Part shown: positions 25,601 to 39,339 of the stretch, piece by piece
How the letters are laid out: every line of letters starts with the position of its first letter
How positions within the stretch are numbered: the first letter of the stretch is position 1
Source of the DNA: Monocercomonoides exilis PA203
Taxonomy: Eukaryota; Protista; Preaxostyla
DNA: 64,000 nucleotides
Reading direction: 5' to 3'
Assembly (NCBI GenBank): GCA_001643675.2
Contig: LSRY02000010.1
Span: forward strand, 806,001-870,000
Position numbers and translations under genes: made by a program
Notes under the pieces: model-generated
The model's database searches: none
What the model was told of the DNA's origin: nothing
Seen by the model: the letters and a program-made list of their open reading frames with translations, nothing else

Positions 25601-27672
25601 GAAGAAAATGAAGAAAATGATGACGTTGATTGCGATGACTGTGAATATGAGGTTTGTGGTTGGGGAATACCACTGGAGGAAATGATTGTTGTATCTGTGC
25701 CATTTCCGGTGATTTTTGCGTTGGTCACACTGAATGTGAGTGTTTGAGAAGGAACAAATGTTGAAGTGAGGAGTGTGAGGGAGGCATCTCGTGTATCTGT
25801 CATGAGAACAAGAGCATATTCTATTGTTTCGCATGGACTAAGTTGAGTGATTCCACAGAGTTCAGTGTTTGTTCCATCATTTGATACGATTTTGTATGTT
25901 GAAATGTGAGGAAGCCAGCGGTTATATTCATCATTAGTTGCTGTTCCTGCATACCACACTCTTTGAGTGAGGGTTGTTGAGCCACACTGATTGAATGGTG
26001 ATTGAGTGATTGCATTGCCATTGAAGAACACATCATTCCCTCTGCCATTTGTTGCGGTGTTGCCATCGAAGAAACAAAATGTGATGAATTTCACTTCATT
26101 CATCCAATCATATGTTCTGGTGCAACACAGAGCAGCGCCACCGTAGGTGGTTGGATTTTCGACTTTGTTGTTGATGAACTGGCACTCTTGGAGCGAGCAT
26201 TGTTTTGGTTTTTCTGGTGGAAGCCAATGAAACGTGACTGCACCAGCTGCATCACCGCCAGTATTTGCAATACAGGTGCAATTTTTGAACAAGAATTTTG
26301 CATCTGATGGCATGTTATCGAGACCAAAATACCATCCGGTTCCAATGCTGCCTGTTATTTCACAGCTTTCCACTCTATTATCTGAGAATGTCCAAACAGC
26401 ATTTGATTGTGGATGCCATATTGCGGCTGCTCCTCCACCAGATGCAGAACAGTTTGTGAAATTGGATTTTAAGATGTCTATGTTTAGCAAATATGCACAT
26501 ACTAACGCTCCGCCTTGGACATTCCCTGTGCAGTAACATTTATTGAATGAACAGGAACAGATTATCAGATTTGCATTCGTGCAAGAAACATAAAGTGCAC
26601 CCCCATGAATGCCCGTGCAGTGAGAATTATTCCATTCGCACCACTCAAAGCGATGGCTGTCCAGATCAAAGGAATCCAGTCTTCCAGGTTTCAATTTTTG
26701 TGATTCAGTTCCAACATGTACAACAGCAGCATTTGGTGAAGAGCGTGTTTGGTGAAGAAAAGAGGTGTTGAAGGCAGAGAGAGAAGTGAATGGGTTGTTG
26801 AGGTTTGGGAGGATGGCACCATCGATGGGGTTGTGAGTGTGTTTGAAGATGGTTGAGTGAATGGAGAGAGATGAGTGAAGGGAGAAGGAGGTGATTGCAT
26901 TGGTGTTAGTGTCGGACGTTGAGATGAAAGGATTGAGTGAGTTTGAAGGAAGAGATGGAGAAGATTGAAGTGATTGAGGAGAGGAGATGTTGGAGAAGAG
27001 GGTGTTTGAGAGATGGAGATTAAGGTGGATTTGGAGGTGGGGATGGGATTGGTGATGGATGTGGAGAGGGGAAGAAGAAGGAGAAAAAAGGAAGGGCTGG
27101 ATGAGGGAGATGAACGAGGAGAAAGAGGAGTGGGAGATGGAGAAGGAGGCAGGGATTGGGGAGTGGGCATGTGGGAGGAGATTGTTTGGGGTGGAGAAGA
27201 GGGGGAAGGGGAGGATGGCTGGTTGGTGGATGGTGAGGGAGAAGTTGGTGATGGCGAGTGAGGCATGGGCAGAGAGGAAAAGTGGATTGTTTGTTGTTGG
27301 ATGGATTTGACAGGTAGAGGAAATGATGGTGGCAGCTGAATGTTGGTGAGAAGAGAGGATCGGACAACCAGCAAGAGGCGCTAATGTGAGATGGGTCATA
27401 CACAAGGAGGTGTTGATGATATTTAGACTTGTTTGGACACAGCAAATGCAATTGTAAGCTGGTTTTATAGCTTTCGCCATTAAATTGTCAAAATTAATGT
27501 TGTAATTGCTATTTTTATTTGCAATGTTAATTGAGCCTTTATGTACCTCTTCGTTCTTTTCTTGTTGAATTTGATTTTCTTCAGTGCTTGCACCATTGCA
27601 GCAGCTCACTGCAAGTATTAATAACGCAATAATATTGTGTGCAGTCTGAATGCTGGGGAAGCTTCTCATCAT
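19633..27672 (-). CDS. 2679-aa intronless type I membrane protein: signal peptide, repeated beta-helix (GGA[I/L]) modules, one TM helix, degenerate TKL/tyrosine-kinase-like C-lobe
   Basis: N-terminal hydrophobic stretch; four CG-x4/5-PC modules and GGA/FxxNxA motifs; TM WLLIVIVLVVILFIVLIGFILFVVRW; RWKAPELL, SFSIGVMLWE, GERP, SRPSL, with no HRD or DFG. Confidence 0.85.
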   Translation of the reverse strand: MMRSFPSIQTAHNIIALLILAVSCCNGASTEENQIQQEKNEEVHKGSINIANKNSNYNINFDNLMAKAIKPAYNCICCVQTSLNIINTSLCMTHLTLAPLAGCPILSSHQHSAATIISSTCQIHPTTNNPLFLSAHASLAITNFSLTIHQPAILPFPLFSTPNNLLPHAHSPIPASFSISHSSFSSFISLIQPFLFSPSSSPLHIHHQSHPHLQIHLNLHLSNTLFSNISSPQSLQSSPSLPSNSLNPFISTSDTNTNAITSFSLHSSLSIHSTIFKHTHNPIDGAILPNLNNPFTSLSAFNTSFLHQTRSSPNAAVVHVGTESQKLKPGRLDSFDLDSHRFEWCEWNNSHCTGIHGGALYVSCTNANLIICSCSFNKCYCTGNVQGGALVCAYLLNIDILKSNFTNCSASGGGAAAIWHPQSNAVWTFSDNRVESCEITGSIGTGWYFGLDNMPSDAKFLFKNCTCIANTGGDAAGAVTFHWLPPEKPKQCSLQECQFINNKVENPTTYGGAALCCTRTYDWMNEVKFITFCFFDGNTATNGRGNDVFFNGNAITQSPFNQCGSTTLTQRVWYAGTATNDEYNRWLPHISTYKIVSNDGTNTELCGITQLSPCETIEYALVLMTDTRDASLTLLTSTFVPSQTLTFSVTNAKITGNGTDTTIISSSGIPQPQTSYSQSSQSTSSFSSFSSFSSTSTSSSPDPSASSALFQQTQGSLTVSALAIAHNSTNPITPILFHLSGSSPSLNLNTTIITGTTPSSSSITTPLFFLAAGSLALNHTAITHLALNSQSIFHLTSLTAPLTFNSSNITDITSTASPTSCVLSSATSPTLSISITNCTMNSIKSEQLSQQTATNGGCISFASSAPANTFSVSDTNFSSCSVSEDTSSGGRGGALMIEFDHGSQVSESSFAITNIAFSANKASVGRDMYFVCESFVASVKEPLFTFMRSITQKDNSIVGHDRTEAFGDWDIDLFIFIDGYFDDTIFVDGTSGVEEKYCGLEKAPCLNVNYGMERLKRPQNVLQEIVVCSKSKMEGCENMSGLSLKANTETIVEIECKSEVSGSEECILKSSSLTEMEFIGIVVPSSFSRAITSVIKSSTLNGELHMNNCEMSVFGGKQNTIEFFLIKSTGKMVELDFVTISDVKSTVSLFSFSLSSANMNEEECKLRLLNCILKELEIDGSGEAAVFGGSMGVGMVMNGSRIEGAVSSKSKKGGALKIALREGGYAALENSSLIGCVCENGSERGKGGGIYLDCQNCLNEKPFLFDIGVTFENNNAAIGKNVFILGKGLNSSVANESFKFDYSSMIDDDNLFVGSDDFHDEKDLFMFLIPYSSIEIFISSSGFDVERCGSVKEPCKTMWKGMKNMKDGDGNKTIQIEGSTIIRDSFDVSNYQIKKSVKMGEENVKAKLNFEKAIGNQLDYFMENDIHLELTNIQLQLASGFDNSAKSIISNKGALMITGCAFHSEAGVNNGFDCVFVDAIGGSVEVSDLSIESCNVGNSIFSINNVGVYCHFVNIRVESLNESRGCILSIKKSEPGLKINEGVNEECVNIEIEKSSFSGVKKSDNGPSILELKSEKKICLVVNESSITEDKAESSEKGGAIFFTLGKSGSMKMIKSEVSQCSCTNGKGGGVYLATKERGELNFTFVGMKFSANTASVGNDIFIECFNISSQINETQFQFDLRENHYSRINAIYGRDECDYPNDTDLIDFVTIHQSDTVIVSSVNGSDEKQCGTNTLPCASIDYGLMHLTSDFMSQMIVVEESAIGCEINLEEMSLSSKRKVECKVEMKSEIDRTKDSVISTTGEVSLLRVSFVFDSNFVSQHESLISPEGGILEIVNCSFSSKQLKEGVNEDFANIPFHIINMEKGELQLDGCAISNLILQESALHLSSQLPSVIDSLTISNSTMETSLINIKECGQFTLEDFNTENITVEGNEESLISCLSMKKTMELANCTINVVNSNKPKGKLMKLENCLDVKMDSCIFDGSSKERNEMNLNAEGEMCRWDGSLVDIAKSSVMMKDSTIANSPEGGITMSGGNMIIEKEEFIDNNPSIEGYPSLRRNIICSDTGTLNVMSLKGGDGLKDGSSLWMLNDGCNFEGIVSERDSSFFIPVLESVEAKEETDRMKLTFKGFLLIPCNLSFSVVKKKGEEKELEKYDFDSNGFLSEREVEGSVAKDLISSCGNEIEVSVHVLFGNAESPSSTNSLFLKNRSEIEPKGDEIIVEGGKEGKSYWLLIVIVLVVILFIVLIGFILFVVRWRKQKRRTEELEEIVNDTVKKDPKLIEMITMEMSPEEQWRRAEREAEKKNEERIKKRVYAKSLGHSESSEHLLSESGSTEYILGRDSDKIPEWMLEKVDEKEEDTRNRTPSPSISSTDSESTFVRTESLCPTTSSMSNLVDAMACSSPHEKLIVDLRDSLFMLLHGMNEKKEMAIGTLQEREQTAAQILFCVANGALHSFDEMEIPLQSLTNLSPHIVLFSEHMVICIAMHSECSSSDSDSTSISSSTIVTSSSDGSRRSKRYTRSPPPSSAFEDDEDLRKECLRWKAPELLINKKTGATKASVSFSIGVMLWECLSLEIPFCDYEAEVAGQKIVNGERPELEKAIGSKLYEMICLCVSQDAYSRPSLTDLKRVLFEQFPAGMMIMTMSDAVECECSSGRCSRNRRSIRNSSIRRGGERANQYAN

Positions 27673-27860
27673 GGATGTGGATGCAGGAAAAAATCAGAAA
27701 ATTAAAAACTCCTGCGCCCCATATTAAATTTTTCAATTATTCAAATCCAAATATAAAAATAGGGTGTAATTTATCGTTTTTAAACAATCGAAAGAAAAAT
27801 TTAAAACTTTTCTTTTTTTGCATAATTATAGGTTAAACATACTCATGCGAAGAAATTCGA

Positions 27861-27941
27861 AAAAAAAAAAAAAAAAAAAAAAAATAAAAAAAAAAAAAAA
27901 AAAAAAAGAGAGAGAGAGAGAGAGAGAAGAGAGAAAGAGAG
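27861..27941. repeat. poly-A followed by (AG)n tract
   Basis: Direct reading. Confidence 0.9.
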
Positions 27942-28877
27942 AAAAAATAAAAGAAACAATTGAATGGAACAAAATTAAAAAAGCGAAATATTTATTTCAT
28001 ATTTAAATAATGAACATGGCTTAGAAGTTTTATGTTTATTATGACTTTAACCGAGAAAGAATTTTTGATGTTACCAAAATTGGTGAATATTCATTTAAGC
28101 AATTCGAGAAACAAATTCTTTATGAATCAAGCAAGAAAAGAAAGTTAGGCTATATTCACCTAAAAGTGGTTAAAACTTTGACAAAAAATTTTTTTTTGAT
28201 AGTTCCAATGAATTCGAAATTATCCTTCATGAAAAGACTTTATGTTTTCAAAATAACATTTATCAACACTCTTCAGTGTTAATTACATGCTTTATTTATC
28301 ATTAAACTTTTGGAGGGTGTTCTTTCTTAAGAACAACTGTCCACGAATTGAAATTTTGAATAATTATTTGTAAAAATAATTCATATTACGAAAGAACTTT
28401 AATGAAGTTTGAAAAAAGTCTCGAAAAACTTAAGATTTGAATGAAAAACCTTTCAATTATTTTTAATTTTTATCAGTAGGTTATTATTTACCGAACACAA
28501 TTATAATATCTCAACATCACATTTTAATGCTTTTTATTCATGTTTTAAACGAAAAAAGTTAGTGCCCCAAAAGTTGCCTTTTGCAATAACTTCTGTATTT
28601 TCAATTTTGGAAAACTCAGATTAGTGTGTCACAAATTAGCATTTTTTTTTAAAATAAAAACAAACAATTGCAGTTGATTTTTCTTCCGCACTTGTTCTTT
28701 GAAATAAAAAGTTCATTTGCTTTATCTCTTTTCGCTTCATTTTACTCCATCAAACAATACATACTTCTTTAAGCAAATTCAGAAATTCAAACTTTTTCAA
28801 TAAATAAAAAAAAAATTAATAATTATAAAACTTCTTTCTTTCATTCCTTCGCAATGCGAAGATAGTTATTCTTGCTT

Positions 28878-31613
<2,736 letters not shown>

Positions 31614-31857
31614 AAAGATATAAACAAGTTAACGTTGATCAGAATTTCCCTTATACATGAAAACGATTCCCGTAATTGTGGAACTGTGATCTGAATATTT
31701 AAATTATTTTTTTAAAAAACATATGGAGTATGAAAACGTCAACAAAGAACTTGAATTTATATGGATAATTTGTTTGATTGCGAATTTCAATGTGTATGCT
31801 TTATTATCAATAATTTATGAGAATATTCAAAAAAAGTGAAATTAAAAATGAAATGAA

Positions 31858-34800
31858 TTATTGAAAAATAGAACCTTCAGAAGAACGAGAAGAAGTCTCA
31901 TCATTAAGATGAGGAAGTTCTCCTTTCTGCTCGTTCTGAAGAATCTGTAGCTCTCCGCTCGCAAATGCTGTCTGCGAAGGCTGATTGAAAAATGAAGTGA
32001 ACATAATTTGCTCTGAAGTTCCCTTGTCAACATATCTTCTCCTTTTGCTTGTCTGCATAAGCTCTGCCATATTTCCACTTGCTTCTCCTGCAAATGCCAA
32101 TGAAGACGTCTCGTTTGCTTCTCTTCCCTGCTCATTCAACAGCTCCTCCTCTTCAAACTGGTCTAATCTTCGATCCAGCTCTGCAAAGTCGTTGAGTCTG
32201 TTGCTATCTGCATTTGAACCAGAAGATGAAGAAATAACTGCATTTCCAGTGACATCTCCTTCTTTTGCATTCACATTCACATTCTCTTTCTCTTTCTCAT
32301 TCTCTTTCTCTTTTTCTATCTCTTTCTGTAAATATTCTCCTTCACTTTCTCTTTGTTGTTCTTCTTCTTTGCTTCTTTCCTCTTCATATTCATCCAAAGG
32401 CCTTCTCTTCTCTCCAATTGACAGAGCCATCTGATTTATTGGCTCTCTTGTGCGATAGTCCACCCAGCTGACTGAAAATGACTCTGATTGACTGGATTTA
32501 TTAGCATTGATAGCATTGATAGCATTGATAGCATTGTTGGTATTGGTTGGATTAAGGAATGGATTCTCAGATGAAGAGGGAGAAGATGATGATAATGCGA
32601 TTGGAGAAGGTGAAGTAGAAGAAGCAGCAGAAGAAATTGAAGATGAAGGAGATGGAGGAGAAGAAGAAAGAACTAATGATGTCAGCAGATGAGGCCGAGC
32701 AGCAGCAGCAGCAGAAGGAGAAGGAGAAGGAGAAGAAGCATTAGCATTGTTAGCATTAGCAGTATTAGTAGCAGAAGCAACAGAAGAAACAGCTGTTCCA
32801 TTAGGAGAAGACAATGAAGTGGTGTTCTGATTCTGAGAGGGAGACAGAGAATGAGCAGAGGACACTTTAGATGCATTCAAAGAGAGTGTTTGAGAGGTGA
32901 TGGGAGCAGATGGCTGGCTGAAAGAAGGCTGATTGAGCGATTGAAATGGATTATCAGCAATTGTGTGTTGGCTGGAAAAGATGGAAGAGGAAGATAAAGA
33001 AGAAGAAGAAGAAGATTGAGCCAATTGATGTGAAGGCAGGCGGCTTTGAGGAGAAGGAGAAGAAGAAGGAGAAGAAGAAGGAGATGAAATGGAAGGTTGG
33101 ATTGATTGCTGTTTGGGAGCAGACAAAGCAGATGTCTTTGGCTTTGGCTTAGAAGAAGGCATTTGAGATGACTGGAGCGTCTTTTGTGAAGAAGACAGAG
33201 AAGAAGGACTTGGTTTGATAGACGTGTGCAATGCTGTGGATGTTGTTGTGGATGAAGGGGTTATTGATGATGATGCTAATGTTGATGATGATGATGATGA
33301 TGATGAAGTTGTCATTCCTCCAATCATTTTAGCTTTTGGTGCGACTTTTGGCTGAGTCTGTGGTTGTTGCAGTTGTTGAAGTTGTTGTGGCTGTTGTGAA
33401 TGCTGAGACTGCAAAGAAAATGAAGAAGAAACAAAAGAAGGAGAATGTGCTGTTGGAACAGCAGCCACTGCTGATGTTGGTGTTGAAGCAGAAGAAGACT
33501 GGAGTGTCCCTTTTGCATTGTGTATTGCTGGAATGGATGTGACAGATGAAGAAGGAGATGTTGGAGGAGATGATGATGAGGAGGAGGATGGCAATGATGA
33601 AGCAATAGATCGAGAAGGCGCAGGAGGAAGAGTATATCCTTGTGCTGTTGAATGAGTCTGCTGCTTTTGTGTTGGAACAGGAATTTTGACTGGAGTGACT
33701 GGAGGGAAATGAGAAGGAGGTGCGGGGGGAGGAAGACTGATGAGCTGTGAAGGAGAAGAAGGAGAGGAGGAAGGCAAGGAAGAAGGCAAAGTGATTCCAG
33801 ATGCTAATGAAGAATCAATAGGAGATAAAGGAAGAGCAGAGGAAGGAGCCATTGATGAAGTTAGAATTGAACCATTTTGAGTATTTCTCTGCATTTCTCC
33901 TGCAACACTTGGCACATTCATATTTAAATTCATATTTACATTTCTCTTTAACACAGCCACATTTGCCTTTCCAGCGAATGCATTAGAAGAAGCAGAAACA
34001 GCAGAAGAAGCAGGATTAGCAGAACCCAACACAACAGACTGAGCAGTTTGCTTTGTTGTTGCTGCTACTGCTGTTGATGCTCCTCCTCCAACTGTTCCTC
34101 CTCCCACTGCAGAAGCAGCATTGTGTGATGTCAGTCTCTGAATCCTCTTCGACAGGAGTGAGTTCAGCCTCGACTTCTCCTCCACTTCCATCTGTGCTTT
34201 TCTCAATTTATTCGACAACTCATTCCGCTCTGCTGCAAATGCCTCTCTTTCTCTGCTTATGGCCACTTCTCTTTCTTGTTCTGCTTTCCTCTCTTGTTCT
34301 CTCTTCTGCTCTTTCTCCCTCTCAATCTCCCTCTCTCTCTCCCTCTGCTCCTCTGCTGCTACCTCTCTTGCTTTCAGTCTGCTGATCTCATCCAGTTCTG
34401 CCTGTGTTCCATTCATCTGCAAACGAATTGTCTGTTGTTGTGATTGATGTTGCTGTTGTTGAGCAAAAGGCTGTGAAATCGCTGCTTTGAGCTGATTCTC
34501 AGCTTCTCTTTTTGTTCTCTCCAGTTGCACCCTCGTTGCATTGAGCTGTTCGGACAGTCTTTTCTTCTCACCTGCAGAAGATTGCATCATCTCCTTTGTC
34601 TTCTCCATTATTGCTCTCATCTTCTCCACCACTGCTTCTCTCTGACTCGCTTTCACCTCAAACTCCTTCACTTGCTTCTCTAACGCATCCTTCTGCGCCT
34701 CTGCCTCCTTCCCTTTCTCCTCCAGTTCTCTTCTAACTGCTGCCTCCTCTTCCTTCTCCTTCACTCTAAACAGCCGCTCTCTCTCTGCTGAGTCACTCAA

Positions 34801-37800
34801 AATGCGATACGATTCTGTTATTCTCTCAAACGCTGCTTTCGATTCCTCGGCAATCCTCGTCTGCTCTTTGAGCTTTTCTCCTTCACTCGCTATTGTCGCC
34901 TTCATTTCTTCTTCCCGCTGAAGAACTGCCTTTGCCTTCTCAATCTCGTCTTTCCCTGTCGCCACTTGCTCTTCCAGCTGCTTCACTTTCTCTGCTAATG
35001 TCGCATTCTCTTCTCCTCCTTTCTTCAGCTCTTCTTGTGCACCTTCCAGTTTCTTCATTGTTTCCTCCATTTCCTTTGTAATTCTTTCCATTTCTCTTTT
35101 GCCTGATGCTATCGACATCTCCATCAATCTTATCTGCTCCTCCTTTTCTCTCAGCTGCGCTGAAAGTGAATTAGCATCATTGCACAAAGCAGAAGCAACA
35201 TCCCTCATCAATGAAAGATCTGTCTTCAGAAGAGACAGATAATATGCCATTGGCATCAGCGGCTCATATTGCGAGTTAGCAATTGCTTGACTGGCTGAGC
35301 TCATGTTCCTCTTCAGCAGCTCCTCTTTCAACGTGTTCACAGCATGCGACAGCTCAACCACTGTTCTTTTATCTGCTTTGTTCTGCTCGTTCTCTTGTTT
35401 CCGTGCTGCCTGCTCATTCTCCAATGCCATTTTCTCCTTCTTCAGCTCCTCTTTCAGCTTCTCGTTGTTATTTGCACACAAAATATGCCTTGCCTCAGTC
35501 ACTTCCTTCTCTCTGCAAAGGAAGAAGATGACACTCCACAGCTGTGCTGGTGTTGTATTCGAAGCCAAACTGCTAGCAGAACTAGAGGAAAACGCAGAAG
35601 CACTTGCAGAAGATGCGCTGTCAGCACCAACGTTTGACTGATCGTCAGTAATGTTACTGCTATTTTGTTGCTGTCGCTGTTGTTGAAGAATAGCTCTGAT
35701 CTCTGCTGCATTTGAGATGATATGCTCCATCTCGCCTGATAGCCGCATTTGTCTGTTTGTCGACTCCACATCGAATTCTCTCTCTTTCATCCGCTCCAAC
35801 TCACCCACAAGTGTCGCCATCTCTTTATCTCTCTTCTCATTGATGGCAGTCAGCTCGTCAGCTTTCTTTTTGGCTGCAACGTTCTCAGCAACCAGCCGCT
35901 TGCTAATCGCTTCCACTTCCTTCTCTTTCGTCTGATGCTCCTCAACTGACTTCACCAGCTCATTCAATCTCGCACTCATCGTACTGTTCTCAACATCCTT
36001 TTTGCTGAGCTGCGTCTTCAGCTCATAAACCTCTGCCGACAAATCGTTGATTGCATGCATGCTCTCCATCTGCTTCTGAGACATGAAATTCAGCGCCTCC
36101 AGATGTGCCCGCTCTTTCTCCTCCAAATTCAGCAGGCTTTCCATCTCATCAGAAATAGACATTGCAGACAGCGCCTCTTCATACCTCAAATACAATCTGT
36201 TCAGCTCTGATTGTAGTTCCTCGTTCTTCTCAGTCAAAGCCTTCATCGTCTCCTCCACTTCCTTCGAACGCTCTTCCTCTTTCTGCATCTGCATCTGCCT
36301 CTCGACCTCTATTTCCTTCTCTCTCTCTGCCCGCTCGCTTCTCAGCTGCACTGCGGCCCTTTCCTGCTGCTGGGCAAACTCTGTCAGTGCTTTCTGCTGC
36401 TGCTGAAGAACATTATTCAGTTCTTTCTCATTGTCTCTCTCCACACGCACCACAGCCAGCTCCTTCGTTGCCTCCTCCTTCTCTCTCTGCAGCGTCGCCA
36501 TCGCTTCTGAATGAAGAAGTTCTGTTCTCTTTGCATCGAGTCGCTTCAGTTCTTCGTCCATTGCCATCAGCTTCTCGTCGACTTCTCTTCGTTCAGCTTC
36601 CATCTCCTTCTCTTTCTTTTCGGCTTCTTCAGCACACTTCTCCACTTTCTTCTCAACTGCTTCTTTCTCTTCTCTGCACATTCTCAATTGCTCTTCTGCT
36701 AATCTCAGCTGTTCTTTCAATGAATTCAAAGATAAAACCATCTCCTCCTCTTCCTTCTGCTTTGATGTGATTGCCTCCATCTTCCCCTTTTCCATCTCAA
36801 TTTGCACTTGTTGCATGTTCAACAGCTCTGCTTTGGAGACATCGAGTGAGCCTCTCAAGTCATCAATCTCCAGCTGCTGTGAATGAATGTGCGACAGAAG
36901 ACGAGCTATTTCAGCTCTCATGACAATAAGAGGATGTGTTGGAGAAGATGAAATATTTGTATTTGCATTGGCATTAATGTTGATGCCACTGATGGATGCT
37001 GTTGATGAAGATGCAGAAGCAGAAGATGCATACTTTGAAGAGACAGAAAATGACTTTGAAATCTTTGAAGAGGAAGTGACAACTTCTGTTGCCACTTCTC
37101 TTTGCAGCTGCTCCAACTCTTTCTGAGCAGCACTCTTTTCCCTGTTTTCTGCTTCCAATCGGTTGTTCAATTGATTGATTGCAAAATCTCTTTCTTCCAC
37201 TTTCTTTTTCTGAACCAACAGTTCTTTCTCTGTCTCCAGTTTCATCCCCTGAAGACTCTCAATCTCTCTTCTCATCTCCTTCTTCTCCTCTTCCATCTTC
37301 CTCATCCTCTCCTCTGCTTCCTCCGCTCTCTCTCTTTTCTCTCTCTCCTGCAACATCAGCACTGCCTTCTCTCTCTCTGCACTCAATAGCTTCTCATTCA
37401 CTTTTTGTCTCTCTGCATGTGCCTCTGCCATCATCTGCTCTGTCTCCTTCAAATGCTGCTGAAACACTCGCTCTTTCTCCACTCCCACCTGGCGCTGCAC
37501 TTCCAGTTCATTCACATTCTCCTTCAACGACATCACTTCAGCTGTTAATTCAGTCACTTTGTCTTCCTTTTCAGTCAGAGAAGCCTTCAATGCCTCAATC
37601 TCCTGCTTCATCTGCTCCTCCTTCGCTTCCCACTCTCTCTCTTTCTCTTCAGCTATTTCTCTTTCTTTCGTGTTGATGTCCTTCATTCGCACCATCTGCT
37701 GTGCTGTGATCATTGAGCTCATCATGTTCCTCTGCTCAACAAGAGCTTGCAAAAGAACAGCCTGTTTGGTTGGTCTCTTTGTGACTGAAGAAGAAGAAGA

Positions 37801-39113
37801 AGATGACGACGAAGCAGTTAATGCTCCTTCTTTAACAGCATTCAATTCAATGTTTGCTTGTTGGTTTGAAATTGTTGCGATATTTGAAGAAGAAGAAGAG
37901 GAGGCAGACGGCTGAATCCAAAGACGTGGAATGCTTTTTCCTGTCATCTTGTGCATAAGCGTCAACTCCTTCAGTTCAAATATATCCGAATCAACTCTTT
38001 CGCTTTCTTCATTTGCTTGCATTTCGTTTTCAGTGCGTTCATTTGATCCCTTGTAGAACATTCCCTCATCTCCCCTTCCCTCTTCTTCATCGTCTGATAT
38101 CACAATCTCTTCACCACTCCATTCAGCCATTTTCTGTTCTTTCTGTCTTCTGCGCTTCTGCCTATGTTTGCCTGAAACAATATTCTTTTCGCTGTTGTCG
38201 AATAAAACTTCAAGTCCGCTTTGTTTGAACTGTTCTGAAAGCTCTCGTAGCACAGCTGCCATTGCTATGTTTTTTTCTAATAAATCTCCGAGATTAGTCG
38301 CATTTACGTTTGAATTTACAAAATCATCCAATGAAGAATAAAACGTTGATGAAGATTTTTTTGGGAAAATAAGTGATGAATTTGATTTTGAAGAAGATGA
38401 AGAAGCACCGGGAACGGAAATTGTTGTTGTTTTTGAGACCATATCAAGAATTGTTGTTTGTGTAACATCTTTTGTGCCTCTGTTTGACGGTATTGCTGAA
38501 AGTGATGATGGAAAAAATGAAGATGAATAATTCATAGTTCCATCATTTATTTCAACTGGTGGAATTGATGTTTGAGAAGTTTTTGAGCAATGAATTATTG
38601 CTTCTGTCTGTTTAAATGTTTCATGATTTTTCAGCAATTGAACGATAGAACGAAGTTGAGAAGATAAATCGTAAATGTGCTTCTCTTTTAAGAGACTTTC
38701 CTCTGCAACCTTTTTCAAAACAAGTTTCATTTTCATAATCTGTTCATTCTTCTGATCAATCAATCGTTCAGCGGTTTTGGCTTCTTCAAACAACGAGTTA
38801 TGAAGGGATTGAGCATGAGATAATTGTAACGCATCCGTTGCGAGACGAGGAATGGATTTTTGAATTTGATCTGTCAAATCTTTTAATGTTGCAGTTAATT
38901 GTTTGTTTTGACGCTTCAACTCAATATTTTCTAATTTTATTACAGAAGCATCTTCATTTTCTGGGACATGAGAAATTGAAAGTTGATGTTAAATGAAGTT
39001 CATGTGTGATCATTTGCGAGAAAAATGAGAAATCGAGTATTTTGTAAACGAAAGAAAATTTTAGCTAATTTAACAAAAGAATAAATGTAGTCTCACAAAC
39101 CATGATTATTCAT
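31858..39113 (-). CDS. TPR: Nuclear-basket nucleoporin TPR/Mlp/NUA-like long coiled-coil protein
   Basis: TPR-family motifs in the expected order: DLSSQLRSIVQLL, NLGDLLEKNIAMAAVLREL, LLQALVEQRNMM, QLWSVIFFLCREKEVTEAR. Long heptad region, then a disordered S/P-rich and acidic tail. Probable first exon MNNH (ATG 39113). Confidence 0.7.
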
Positions 39114-39339
39114 AATGAAATGCAATTTTAACTGCTTTAAAAATTCCACAGACTCAAATTAAACAAGGAACTTAAACAATTAATAATTTCAAGCCAATAA
39201 ATGGTAACATTTGATCAGACCAAAAATTTCACTAAAAATTTTCTAAACATAACATAATTTACAAAACATAATCTGAACAAAAATATTATAACAGCAAATA
39301 TAAATTATAAAACATAAAATAGAGGGGAAAAAAAATTGT

